A stretch of DNA of 64,000 nt, from positions 1-64,000 of the forward strand of contig JAVKOQ020000013.1 of the NCBI GenBank assembly GCA_031835245.2. The letters run 5' to 3'. The translations under genes and the position numbers were made by a program. Positions 41,904-53,937 of the stretch are shown piece by piece. Below the pieces are notes generated by a model. That model saw only the letters and a list, made by a program, of their open reading frames with translations, did no database searches and was not told the DNA's origin. This DNA comes from Balamuthia mandrillaris (Eukaryota). The first letter of the stretch is position 1. Every line of letters begins with the position of its first letter.

Positions 41904-44900
41904 TCATCGGGGGCACAGGTCGAAGGAAGCACACGCTTCAGCAGCGCTACTGCCCAGATATTGGCAAGTGCCAGCAGGGCCACAGGTTTTGAATATGTGT
42001 TGCACAGCTTGCTGGCATTTTTCAGGATAGCCACAAAGTAAGGGAGTTTGTAGCATGTCACAAGAAAGTGGATTTGGTGCCTCTCTGCGGGGGAATGAGC
42101 CATGGTGAAAGCTCAACAGAACAAAATGAACGCACTCAGCGCAGAGCTGAGGCCTTTTCTGATTGGTAGGGGCGCTGAGGATGGTATCTTCATTCATGAT
42201 CATGAATTGGTAAAAGGTGTAGATTTCCTCAGGCAATGGGGTACGCTGAGTTTTACCCGGAGATACGCGAACGTTGGTGTAGTGTAGAGGCATGTGGCCA
42301 TAGAGCTCGATGAACCTTCGGATGCAGAGATGCCGCTCCGTGTAATGATCCGGTAGTGAGCTTGTTCCGGTCTTAGCAAGCGCCCACACAGTAGAAGAGT
42401 AAACAGGAATATCAACCAGCACTGGTGGATGGCCAGTGGCATTTGCAACCACAAAGTTCATCAAGAGGTCATCACAGTTAGTAATGGAGTCGACGAGATC
42501 TAAGGCTTCCTTGGGGGTGAAGTACGTGTAGGTTGTTAAGAAGTCCCGGTGTAGAATTAAACCGCTGGGCAAGGTTATAGACACAAACTTGTCCCTATGC
42601 GAATGGTAAACAAGCTCACCTGTTTTGGCCTGGACAGCATGGGACCTTCCCATGTCCGTCACGCTAACTCTATGCCAGAAAAATTGGGAGCGCCAGAGGT
42701 GAATCTGGGTGTCCAAAGCCTCTGGCGGGTAATCCAGGTCGTCATCCATGTGGATCACACAGTCGTAGAGAATTTCTGGAAAAGGAATAAAGCGGTTGTT
42801 CATTGAGTTCTTGGCCATTCGCTTAATGACCACAGGCAACCCAAAAGCCAAAGAGTTGCCTTCCCAGGGGGGTGCCTGCTCCACGTTGTTCCACACGATG
42901 ATGATTTGGCTTACCAGGTGAGGGTATTTGCTGAAATGCCGTAGCCGATCTTGGAAGGTTGCCACACGGCTGAAAACCGTCATTATCATGGTACAACCAT
43001 CAAATGTGGTAACGGAGCTGGGAGAAGGCAAGGCTTCCAGATTGCTAACCCGCCGAAACTGCCAGTCAAACACGGGCAATTGGTGGAGGGGAGGCCATAG
43101 GCATTTCGCCATCTCCGACTGTTCCCTTACCAGTGGTACATTTAGACGGGCGACCACCACCGAAAAGGATTGCTTGACGTTTGTGCCCAACTCTACGTGG
43201 TTGGTGGAGAACGATAAGTTGCCCCCTGGGTTGGGCATAAGTGTCATGAGCTGTTCTTCTCCCATAAAGCGTAAATGATATTTTTTCCATGACTTGCCAG
43301 ATGACCAGCGATTAGTGTACGAGTTGGGTAACCAAGGCTCTTTCCCGTGTTCGTGTTGCTTACGAAACCACCGTTGAAACCGTCCCCAATGGTAGCCGTC
43401 CCATAGCGCTCCCCAAGAAACCGAGTGTTGGAGCAGGTAGGGCATACCTGTAAACTCCTGTCTCTCCAAAAAGGGTCTATTGTGCACCTCCTCAAACGCT
43501 ATATTGTAGAGAGAAACTCCAGCTAAACGCCGTTCATAATGCTCCGCAAAGTAGTAGGTCTGCACGGCCTGAAAAGCCCACTTCAGGAAAAAGGGAGATA
43601 CTTCCAGGTCGTCTTCCAAAAAAATGCCATACTCATCTGCCCTACGAGGATTCCAAGCCTCCATAATATTGTGTTTTAGACCGGTATGCACGTGGCGAGC
43701 GTGTACCCTAACTGGCCCATGTTTCGATCGAAGTGTGAATGCCAGATCTCTTTGCTGCTGTAGTGCTTGTTGCTGTTCCAGATCTTCTCCAGCATCCAAA
43801 AAAACTTGGATGTTGATGGGGTAGGGAATTGGTTCAGCAGCCTCCAGGCTGCTCCACAACCGCACAAAGGACTGGGGACGGTTATAGCCAAAAACGTTGA
43901 TGACAAACGTTGGGGTGCTGTGCAGAGGCGTGTTTGGGAAGTACTTCTTCCACGCAGGATAGAACCGCTCTCTGAACATCTCGTGAGTGAGGCGGTATTG
44001 CTCATCCAATCTGTGAAGAAAGAGGGCTTGAAAGGGTGGGTTCCCCACAGTTGGCGTCCAAGTCACGTCCTGAAGGGTAAGCTCCAATCCCCTGTGGGCC
44101 CATGGTTCCCATGCCGCACTGTCCATGAATTCCCTGTAAACTTGGTTCTTGAGATATTCATAGGGGTGGCGTGACTGAGAGTGAAACATTAGGTCGCCCA
44201 CCCTTTTACTTTCAAAGCGTTGCTCTTTGGGCAGGTTGTCTAAATTCTTTGCGTTGTGGTAGGTCAAGGGAAGCAAGAGCAAGGCATGTTCTCGAAGAGT
44301 TGTGGGCAGAACATGCATGAAGAATTGAGCCGTGAGAGTCCAGTGTCCAGTGATTCCCCCTTCACCATTGGGCGGAAATGGGAATAGCAACTCGGCGATA
44401 GAGTGATGAAGCAACATCATTCCGCTATCGCACCCAGTCAAAGGGGCTACCTCTTGTCCCTTCCATCGCAGGAAATGTTGTTGCATGATCTCGTTCGACG
44501 CCACTTTGACCTCCCACAGAAAGTTGGCAACCGCCGGTTTCCACCTGGACAGCAGCTCCACCAGAATTTGGTTGAGCGGAGTGTTCAAGTCCCACCCTCG
44601 AGCTTCGTAGCCTGCTCGCACCCCAAAGTACAGGTCATCGTCATGCAGAAAGTAGTACTCGCAGGAGTAGCTGCGGCGCGCCCACTCATACGCCTCATAC
44701 ACCCCTTCCTTCCAACTAAGTTCTGTTGCTAGCTTGTGCGGCGGCAGCAGCGCTTCCCTCAAAAAAGTTACTTGCGGGGGTACCGTTGTCTTTGGTATCT
44801 GTTCTGCACGTCTGCCCCACACCCAAAAGACGGCCGGGAAGGAACCATTCCACATTCGCCACACTCGAAGCCCGTCTTCCTCCCATTCCGAGTTCCCAAT

Positions 44901-45110
44901 TATACAAACCGTCCCCGATAGCCCAGTTTCTTCCCTCTGCAAAGTTGTGGCATATTTTGACTCAGATTCCTTCTCTTTTTTCTGCTGCTGCTGTTCCAAG
45001 TTCTCGTCCGTTCCAATCATGTCCGGAGGAGTGGAGAGGAAAAGCAACACAGACACAACAGTGAGCAAAAGAAGGAAGAGAAAAAGCCACCGTTCCCTTT
45101 GTGCACGCAT
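41904..45110 (-). CDS. Type II membrane multi-domain glycosyltransferase with C-terminal GT64 (EXTL-like) domain
   Basis: N-terminal TM (WLFLFLLLLTVVSVLLFL) and three acidic DxD-like motifs (FLHDDDL, IFLEDDL, HMDDDLD). GT64 hallmarks IIIVWNN, NSMNNRFIPF and NCDDLLMNF. The ORF is continuous; first ATG at 45110. Confidence 0.85.
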   Translation of the reverse strand: MRAQRERWLFLFLLLLTVVSVLLFLSTPPDMIGTDENLEQQQQKKEKESESKYATTLQREETGLSGTVCIIGNSEWEEDGLRVWRMWNGSFPAVFWVWGRRAEQIPKTTVPPQVTFLREALLPPHKLATELSWKEGVYEAYEWARRSYSCEYYFLHDDDLYFGVRAGYEARGWDLNTPLNQILVELLSRWKPAVANFLWEVKVASNEIMQQHFLRWKGQEVAPLTGCDSGMMLLHHSIAELLFPFPPNGEGGITGHWTLTAQFFMHVLPTTLREHALLLLPLTYHNAKNLDNLPKEQRFESKRVGDLMFHSQSRHPYEYLKNQVYREFMDSAAWEPWAHRGLELTLQDVTWTPTVGNPPFQALFLHRLDEQYRLTHEMFRERFYPAWKKYFPNTPLHSTPTFVINVFGYNRPQSFVRLWSSLEAAEPIPYPINIQVFLDAGEDLEQQQALQQQRDLAFTLRSKHGPVRVHARHVHTGLKHNIMEAWNPRRADEYGIFLEDDLEVSPFFLKWAFQAVQTYYFAEHYERRLAGVSLYNIAFEEVHNRPFLERQEFTGMPYLLQHSVSWGALWDGYHWGRFQRWFRKQHEHGKEPWLPNSYTNRWSSGKSWKKYHLRFMGEEQLMTLMPNPGGNLSFSTNHVELGTNVKQSFSVVVARLNVPLVREQSEMAKCLWPPLHQLPVFDWQFRRVSNLEALPSPSSVTTFDGCTMIMTVFSRVATFQDRLRHFSKYPHLVSQIIIVWNNVEQAPPWEGNSLAFGLPVVIKRMAKNSMNNRFIPFPEILYDCVIHMDDDLDYPPEALDTQIHLWRSQFFWHRVSVTDMGRSHAVQAKTGELVYHSHRDKFVSITLPSGLILHRDFLTTYTYFTPKEALDLVDSITNCDDLLMNFVVANATGHPPVLVDIPVYSSTVWALAKTGTSSLPDHYTERHLCIRRFIELYGHMPLHYTNVRVSPGKTQRTPLPEEIYTFYQFMIMNEDTILSAPTNQKRPQLCAECVHFVLLSFHHGSFPRREAPNPLSCDMLQTPLLCGYPEKCQQAVQHIFKTCGPAGTCQYLGSSAAEACASFDLCPR

Positions 45111-45404
45111 CACTTGCTCCGTTTGAGCCACAGTGGTGGTGGTTCTAGGGACTCCTCCTCGTTCACGCAAATTTCCCTACCGTATGGTATTGCCTTATCG
45201 CAGCAGAACCGACGGTAAGGCGGCGCAAAGATCATAAGATCTAAGGACAACAAAAAAAGAAATCACGACATTAGTCTTTTGGGCCAATGAGCATGTTTCC
45301 CGCCAAAACAACCCTTCCTTCTCCCACGTCTCTGAAGGCAAGGTGGTGGGTTGGGGTGTGGGTGGGGTGAATGGAATGGATGCTCATGCTGCTGCTGCCG
45401 CCAA

Positions 45405-45871
45405 TAAACTTTTGGTGCTCGTTCTCTTCTCTTCTCTTCTCTTCATCGTTCTCTTCTCTTCTCTTCATCGTTCTCTTCTCTTCTCTTCATCGTTCTCTTC
45501 TCTTCTCTTCATCGTTCTCTTCTCTTCTCTTCATCGTTCTTCTCTTCTCTTCTCTTCTCTTCTCTTCTTCTTCTTCTTCTCTTCTCTTCTCTTCTTCTTC
45601 TCTTCTCTTCTCTTCTCTTCTCTTCTCTTCTCTTCTTCTTCTCTTCTCTTCTCTTCTCTTCTCTTCTCTTCTCTTCTCTTCTCTTCTCTGCTCTTCTCTT
45701 CTTTCTTTTCAAAAGTAAACACACACATCCACGAAGCTCCACGCATCACCGTATTTCTGATTGCTACGCTTCTACTACACAAGGAGGAAACTAGCAGAAG
45801 GAGGCAGAGGTGGAAACCGAAGCGGTTCAGCCGCAGGCAGGGGCACTGCTCCGATTGAAAAGGTAGCGTTC
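45405..45871. repeat. Dispersed repeat family B, copy 2
   Basis: Same left 18-mer, an expanded CTCTT microsatellite, and the same 160-bp core as 9775-10120. Confidence 0.85.
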
Positions 45872-46274
45872 ACGAGATTACTTAGTACGCTGCAGCCACC
45901 TCTGCGCTTTGAGGTTCATCAGGTACCTGCTTTGGAACGGTCTGGCTATAGCGGCCATTCTTGTCAGTCGAACTAGGTTCCACCTTACTCAAGGCCTTCT
46001 TTGGAAGGGGACAGAAAGATGAACAAGAGAGAAGAGATGAAAAGAGAGAGCAAGCCAAGCGTAATGAAGGCGAAAGGGTTCTCCTCAAGAGAATGCTCAG
46101 GGCAACGATGTGACGTGTTTGTGCAGGAACTGAGCAATTCACCATTTATTCATGATCTTTCTATTGTGGGAGTGTGCGTGTGAGTTATTGTGGGGTTTTT
46201 TTTTGCAGCGGCAGCTCGTCGTTCGTTTACTGGCTGTCGGCGGCGGTAGCAAAACAAATTCGTAGAGGAACGCC

Positions 46275-48003
46275 ATGCAGCCCTTCACTGCCAGTCCGGG
46301 TTCTCCTCAAGAGAATGCTCAGCACCAAATCCCTTACATTCAGCTCATGGAGGAGATTCAGTGCTCTGACATGAGCTTTCATCCGCAGCAAGATTTATTG
46401 GCCTTAGGTTTAATCGACAATAGCGTACAAATGTACCATCTCCCTTTCTGTTTTAAACCGTGTGCAGAGTCTCACACGGCTTTCAGTTATGCCTACTCCG
46501 CAGAAGGTACAGCTTCTTGCATTCAGCAATACAACCATCACAACGGCCCTGTTCGCTGTCTTAGCTTTTCCGAGGAGGGAAAATGTTTGGTTCCTCCCTC
46601 TCCCTCTCCCTCTCCCTCTCCCTCTCCCTCTCCCTCTCCCTCTCCCTCTCCCTCTCCCTTCCCTCCCCTCTCCCTCTCCCTCTCCCTCTCCCTCCTCTCC
46701 CTCCTCTCCCTCTCCCTCTCCCTCTCCCTCTCCCTCTCCTCTCCCTCTCCCTCTCCCTCTCCCCCTCTCCCTCTCCCTCTCCCTCTCCCTCTCCCTCTCC
46801 CTCTCCCTCTCTCCCTCTCCCTCTCCCTCTCCCTCTCCCTCTTCTCTTTTCTGCCTAACGCGCACTAGTCCTATTTACGGGCTCTTCGGACTGCAGCCTG
46901 GCGGCGATAGATGCCACAACCGGCAAAATAGTTTTCCAAAAGGCTAACGCCCACCCGTACGCCCACACCATCTACTTTTCTTTCCCGTTCACTGCTGAAT
47001 GCAATGAGGTGTAGGGATCCTTTACAATGCATAGCTACCAAAGAGAGCGTATTAGTTACTGGCGACGAAGAAGGGTGTCTCAAAGTTTGGGATCTTCGCC
47101 AATCTAAACAAGTATTTTGTTGGGAAGAACACGAAGATTATATCAGTGATATTGTTATAGATTACAACAGAAATACTATCCTGGCCACAAGGTATACTCC
47201 TTGCTACCACCTTTCTACACACATGAGTTTAGATCTTACGCTATTGTCCTCTTCCCTTCTCCCTGCTCTTTATCAATCTACCTATGAAACAAGTGGCGAT
47301 GGCTTTCTCTCGGTGTGGCACATGAGACGGGGTAAATTGGAAGCAATGTCTGACAACATTGAGGATGAATTGCTTTCTATGGCCATTATTAAGGAAGGTT
47401 CAAAGGTAGTAGTAGGAACTACAGAAGGAATTCTTACAATTTGGAGTTGGGGGGATTGGGGAGATATGAGTGATCGGTTCCCAGGCCACCCACAATCTAT
47501 TGACGCCATAATCCCTATTGACGATGACACGATATGCACTGGATCGAGTGATGGCCTAATACGGTTTGCGACTCCCTTTTTTCAACCAAAACGGCGTCCT
47601 TCTTGTTGACTATCCTTGCCTTACCCCTAATCTTGTCATTTAAAGGATTGTAAGCATTCAGCCTAATGGCTTACTAGGATTAGTGGGGGAGCATGGAGAG
47701 CTGCCAATTGAGTGCCTACGCCTGTCACACGACAAGAGATGGATGGCCTCCACTTCTCATGATTCGTGTGTACGGTTCTTCGACGTTGCTTATCTCTACT
47801 CTGACGATGGGGATGACGACGAGGAAGGAGAAAACGATGAGAAACAGAAAGAGAAAGAAAAGGAGCCAGAACACAACAGTGAACACATGGATGAAGTGAA
47901 GGATAACACATGTAACTCAGAGCTGCAGCCAACAGGTACTGCAAAGAAGAAGAAAAAGAAAGGGCGGTCCAAGGGTCGAGGATTCTTCTCCGGACTAGAA
48001 TAA
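46275..48003 (+). CDS. WDR55: WD repeat-containing protein 55-like, multi-exon
   Basis: DMSFHP, TGDEEGCLKVWDLRQ, EHEDYISD, SGDGFLSVW, SDNIEDELLS, WGDWGDMSDRFPGHPQSID, GEHGELPIE, STSHD, and a C-terminal FFSGLE. Confidence 0.88.
46593..46840. repeat. Intronic (CCCTCT)n microsatellite
   Basis: Directly visible. Confidence 0.95.
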
Positions 48004-48176
48004 AATCCAATGTCTACAACCCCTTTTCGGAAAATGATAACAGTCGTGCACTTCCTCACAACGATTGCTGTTGCTTGGGGGGGGGGAGTCGACAGAAATT
48101 GCCACCAGCTAAAATAGCAGAGAAGGCAAAGTGTTGTCCTTTTTCCCACCATTTTGCTGCGGCGCCGCTTTAGGGG

Positions 48177-48340
48177 TAGCGCTCAATGCTTTGATCGGTT
48201 ACTGAAAGTTTCAAACCACCAATCAAAAATCAAAACAGAGGCTTTATCTTACCATAAAAAGGCCATTTCTGTTGTCTTTTTCTTTGTCTCTTCTCTAGCA
48301 GAGATCTTTCACGTCGACAAAAATTCATTGCTCCGCTTTA
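48177..48340. mobile_element. MITE-like family A, copy 2 (left TIR damaged)
   Basis: Near-identical to the 9171 copy and followed by G8. Confidence 0.75.
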
Positions 48341-48425
48341 GGGGGGGGATGGGAGTTGAACACTGGAATATTTTAACAAGTTTAATAGGCGTTAATGCAG
48401 TGCCTTTTAAATAATCGTGAACGAG

Positions 48426-51400
48426 CTACTCCACAATACTATTTACATACTTTTGGAAACGCAGCTGATATGGCTTTGGAGGCATTGCCGAAATCTGTGT
48501 CTGCAAGTTGAAAGAAATTTCAGCCGAAAGACAACAATGCAAGAAAAACTAGAAACTGCACTTTCAAGTCATTGAGAGCAACGAGAGAGAGAGAGAGAGA
48601 GGGAGAGGGAGAGAGAGGGAGAGAAGAAGAGGGAGAGAGGAGAGGAGAGGGAGAGAGAGGGGAGAGAGAGAGAGAGGGAGAGAGAGAGGGGAGGGAGAGA
48701 GAGAGGGAGAGGGAGAGAGAGAGAGAGGGAGAGAGAGATTACTGGGTCATGAATTATTGATTTTAGAAATCTTTCTCCCTTCTTCTTGCTGGAATACTGA
48801 CAGAGGTTATCAATGATGGCCACATAATAAATTTCGTCTTTGCTTTGGGAGAGTAAGCCGCCCTGGTACTTGCGGAAAATTGACCGTTCGAGTTGGTCCC
48901 TGTTTCGTTAACCAACCATGCAAATGTTAGCAACTGGTTATTGAAATAAGCAGGAGGGCCAACCCTTTACTAGGAAGCCCCTTGCTCGTGTCCAAGTGGT
49001 GGATACCAACGAGAAAGCTGTAATCGGTGATATTGTGACTAGCCATCCACTGTTCGCCAATAGCGATCAACAAGTGCAATAAGTCAGTTTAGAAAGTTAC
49101 TTAGACAAATATCAAGAACAAGCAAAGTGCAAAACAAACTAACCCGTGTGTCCTTTTCGACTTGTTCCATTAGCAGGGCCTTCCGCTTGGGACCCAGATA
49201 AAGTTTACGCTTGAAATTTAAGTCTTTAAGTGCAATGCTTGGGTCTGATTTGTCAGGATCAACTTCTACTAGCCGATCAATAGTTGAACCCTACATGGAG
49301 AGAATTGTCACAGAGTATTGACGGGCACTTGAAAAAAGAAACGAGCAGAGAGAAAGCAGGCAAGAAAGAAATAACAATAACGAAGAAGAAGAAGAACAAG
49401 TGCAAGAAGAAGAACAAGAAGAAGAAGAGACAAAAACAAGAACAACGAGGGAAAGAGCCGATACCTTCAAATCATATTGTTCATGAATAGGGAAATCACT
49501 ATTAAATAGATTTTCCATGACCACAAAGTTTACTTCTTCCCTGCCCCTTCTCATTTGGTGCATGCCAAAGAAACGCGTAAGCAGAGTGTTGGGATTGGCC
49601 ATCACATACTGGTCAAATGTATTTGTGGGTAAGATCCAGAAAAAAATGATGCCAGAGCGAGTACGCACGTCATAATAACTGCTTAAAATTTTCCGAAAGA
49701 AAAGAAACTCATCCATTGGTAAAGTCTTTACAATATAGCGGCCATCATTTGACTTGAAAAAGAAACTCCCGCTGCGGGCAGTTGAAACCACCTCACATAG
49801 AGCACACAATTTACCCAAAAAGAGGGCATTACCCAATAGTCGCTCTGGTCCCAGACAAAACTAAACAAAACCCAAATTAAACTAACATTGAAAACCCAAG
49901 GGAAATTGGGTAGAAGAATACCATGTAGGCCCTTGGGTGACAAAAGAAATTCTCTCTGATACGCCGAAATACCATTGGCCCGAAATCTCTAAAGTACCAC
50001 GGCAGCGTCCCGGGCTCGCTGAATAGTCGAGAAAAAATAAGCAAAACGATACCGAAGGAGAGAGAAAGGAACGACGTACTGGGCTAATTTATATTCGACT
50101 TGTAGATCGTGGTCCTTGGGCCGAATTTCTCTGGAGGGCAAAGCCGAAGTCTCTCCCACAGAGCGGCGAATGCCCATCATCATATTCTGAACAAGAATCC
50201 ATTCCTTGTGTCCGAATGTAATGGAAAGGCCTTTTTTCGACTCGTTGGTTTTCGTCAAGTAATTGAATTGGGCTTCTGTAGAATAGAGCAAACCCAGGCT
50301 TTGGAAAAACAACAGATTTTGTTTAACGCAATTTTTGTACTGCTGCAGCGAGATCTTGCCGTCTGTGTCTCCCATCAGCAGGATTATTTTTTCCATAAAG
50401 GTTGTTGCATCATCCGGAAGTTTTATATCTACCACATTTAGGGAGTAGTAGATGGCGTCCACTAAGAGCTGCAGTTCCACCCGCTCTATAAAGCCATTGT
50501 TGTCCAAGTCTATCATCTTGAATGCATCTAGTGGGCAGGGAGGACCAAGTAAGGCCAAGCAGATAGAAAGAGGCAATGTATTGCACGTACACTCTAAGCC
50601 TTGCTGCAAAGTTCCTTTCATCATCACTGCCATTCCGTCAGCAAAGCCCTTTATGTCAACCTTGTTCGTTTTCTTAGGATCCAGTACATTGAAGAGTAGC
50701 CCAGTAACACCAGGGCTGCTCATGAGCACCCCAAGTTGTTTTCCAAGATCCTTTTGAGAAATGGTACCCGTTTGGTCGCTATCTATCTCATTGAATTGAT
50801 CGTATATCTTTTCCAATTGTTCCTTGGTGAAAGCACTCATATTAATAGTATCCAACCGTGATTCAGTAGGTTCCTCCTCTTCCTGTTTCTGCTGTTCTTC
50901 ATTCTCCCAGCTCTGACACTGGGAAACAACAAAAGCTCCTGCGGCTTCTTGATCGGTACTCAACCCCTTCTGCCTTTGACACTGTTCCTTCCAGAGTTGT
51001 GCAGCATTATGCAACCGTGTACCAGAGGAGGGGACGTGGTAACTAGGAAATGGTGAGGAGTTTTTTCTCGGTGGTTGCTCCACATTAATCTCTGGAAGGT
51101 CAACAGCCTCAACTTTCTGGCAAGGAATAGTGAATAGTGCCTGTTTGCGGCATTTCTTATGACAAAGAAAGCCACAAACTTTTGCATCCAGCAGAGATAG
51201 TAAGCAAGTGCCAAAGCGACGCAAAGAGTGCAAATGGAGTATCATAGTCTACCTGTACACATGTAACCTTGTTTACCAACGGGGGACCACACAAAACCAT
51301 TGCAAAGCCCGCAGAACGAAGGTACATTGAAACGCATAAGCGTGAAAAGATGCGGAGCACCATGGCCTGAGTATTGGAAGCGGTTTTCAATCGGTTAGAG

Positions 51401-53497
51401 GGGCAGTTGCGAATAAAGAAAGGGAGATCCGTATACCGTCCAGAAAAGGAGTTGGCATGGCATCCTCAGAGGAGTTCCGGCGTGTGGTTTGTGACACCGC
51501 CTTTTGGTCCTCAAGAGCAATAGAGGCACGCCTCCTGTGCCTGTCGCTCATGGAATTGCCTGCCTCTGCGTCGGTAGAAAGCACCCCAACCGAACTTGTG
51601 CTGGAACATGCTGAATCCTTGGTGTTGCCTTTGCCAGAGTGTTCCGTAACAGGCGAAGCTTGATAGGTCCAGTCGGAGGGCTCCCTTGTGCCTACAGGTT
51701 CGGGAAGCACCGAACTTGACATGGTGTCATTGGACATGCCGGTCATGCGATTATTTTCACATTCGGGAGGAGATGGGGAGGAAGCGATTGGTACTACTAA
51801 AGCATCAAAGTGAGAGGCGATAGCAGCAGCATCAATCATTTGAACAAAGTCTTGTCTACCAGTGGCAAGGGCTAGTTCTCGTGCTGTGCCTTGTTCACCT
51901 GCTTTTTGCAAGTCGACCTTACTGTCCAACAATAATTGAACCAAAGGCTTACTTCCGCTTTTGACAGCGTAATGTAGTGCAGTATTACCTCGGTTGTCGC
52001 TAAGGTTAACGTCTGCCCCATGCTCAAGCAGGAACGAAACCGCAGTCATATTGTGCTTCATCACAGCCCTAAAATTGTTGTTGAGTGGTTTGGTGGATGG
52101 TCCGTGGTTGGCAGTGAGAAATGAGGTCCAACAAGCCAACAAAAAAAATCTCTGGGACGATGACGCTTACTTGTGAATAGGCGTAAGTCCTTGCAGTGTC
52201 TGTGAGTTGACAGACGCTCCGTTCTCTATCATGAGGCTCAGCACTGAGCGCTGCTGGTCTGCCTGTGCACCGAATGAGTGAGCCACAAGATAGTGAAGGG
52301 GTAGAGTGTTGTCTTTTGAGATGACGAGAACGCCAATGCCCGGTTGTTTCAACAAGAACTCGCACATAGAAAGGTCGCCGTAATGGCACGCGATCTACGA
52401 AACAGCAAAGTGCAAATAGAGTAGCACTGCGAATGAGCAAACAGTACGACGGGAGAAAGAAGAGTAACAGGGGACTAGAGAAGCAGAGAAAAAAAGGAAG
52501 GAATGCGAACATGCAAAGGGGTCCATTTGAGGTCTGTATCTTCTTTTTGGTTTAGGTCAGCACCCTTGGCTAGTAAGAGTTTGCACAAGTCAATGTCGCG
52601 GAGGGCTACAGCCATATGCAGCGGCGTTCTGCCCACATCGTTGTAGCAATTCAGAAGGGAGGGTCCGTGCAGGCTCAGCAGCTTGGAGATCACATGCTTA
52701 TTTCCCTCCATCAGCGCTGCTCACCCAACATCATTGCCATTAGCACACTCAGACATGTCTCGTAGCATCTTACTCGAAAATAAAATGAAGAGGGGCAGAG
52801 AGATACCTTGAAACAACCCTTTGGAAGCTTCGCTTAGAGAGGCTGCCTGTTTATTTTGGTTTGAAAAAGCAAAGGGGGGGGGTAAGAGTTCAGCATAGAG
52901 AAAGCTCAACAGAGAAAAAAAAAAAAGAAGCGCAAAATACAGCCGTACCTTGCCTTGTTGTTCCTCATGGCCGTGCTCTTGTTCCCAAAGAGCCTCAAAT
53001 AAGGCAAGGAGGTGGTGGTCTGAGAACCGCGTGGAACCCACTTGCTCCACTTGCTTCCTGTAGAGTCGTTGAACATCCTCCCAATCTTGCAGTGCTTCTC
53101 CCCGGTCGCCTGCCAGAGCGATTACGTGGCTGGACTTGCGTAGAGTGAGACGAAAAGTCCCTTGTTTAAGAGGAGAGGAGGAGCCAGAGGTAACGCCGCC
53201 GTTGTTGCTGCCGCCGCTAGCAGAGGAGAGGAAGATGGCAGGCGCAGCTGCTGAGGAGGAAGAGGAAGCAGAAGAGGGGGAGAAAGCAGCACTGCCCATG
53301 GGAGAGTTGGTACCCGCAGAGCCGGTTTGAGAGGGAATTGAAGAAGCCGCTCGTGTTCTAGGCAATAATGCAGCGGAAGAAGTAGCCTCTTCCAAGCTAA
53401 AGTTATCGTCCTGGTATGCTAACCCGGTGGTTACGTCGCTCACAACGGCCCAAGAGCCAGAGTAGCCCTCCACCGCACGCGGACAGCACAACGGCAT
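48426..53497 (-). CDS. Phosphatidylinositol-phosphate kinase (PIP5K family) with N-terminal ankyrin repeats, C1 domain and EF-hands; start uncertain
   Basis: ANK (GRTPLHMAV, GNTALHYAV). C1 (HLFTLMRFNVPSFCGLCNGFVW..QGYMC/CGFLCHKKC..C). EF-hands (DSDQTGTIS, DLDNNGFIE). PIPK (RSGSFFFKSNDGRYIVKT, NPNTLLTRFFG, VVMENLF, YDLK, LKDLNF, DYSFLVGIH). Stop at 48426. Confidence 0.88.
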
Positions 53498-53571
53498 TGT
53501 CGAGTACCCCTCTTCGCACCACCGGTGGTTTGAGGATGCGGGTAGCAGTGGTAGTGGTGGAAGAAGCAGTT

Positions 53572-53760
53572 GGGGGGGGGAGCGTCACCCTACTGGTACT
53601 TTTGCCACACGACGCGCTGCTCCCTTTGCTCCTCTTCCCTTGGCTGCTCTGCTGCGGTGCGTTGCCCCTCTTCCCTTTGCTGGTGAGCCTTGATGACGAC
53701 TCCTCAGGCAGGAGCCGCGTCGTGTGGCAAAAGTACCAGTAGGGTGACTTCCCCCCCCCC
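53572..53760. mobile_element. MITE-like/foldback element C with a perfect 33-bp inverted repeat bracketed by G9/C10
   Basis: 53584-53616 GTCACCCTACTGGTACTTTTGCCACACGACGCG is the exact reverse complement of 53716-53748. Confidence 0.65.
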
Positions 53761-53927
53761 TAAAGCGGCTCAATGCTTTGATCGGTTACTGAAAGTTTCA
53801 AACCACCAATCAAAAATCAAAGCAGAGGCTTTACCTTACCATAAAAAGGCCATTTCTGTTGTCTTTTTCTTTGTCTCATCTCTAGCAGAGATCTTTCACG
53901 TCGACAAAAATTCATTGCTCCGCTTTA
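53761..53927. mobile_element. MITE-like family A, copy 3
   Basis: TAAAGCGG...CCGCTTTA with C10 on both sides. Confidence 0.78.
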
Positions 53928-53937
53928 CCCCCCCCCC

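Noticed and set aside
45343..46947. Poly-SSLLF, REEKR and PLPL ORFs
   Set aside because: Translations of microsatellites.
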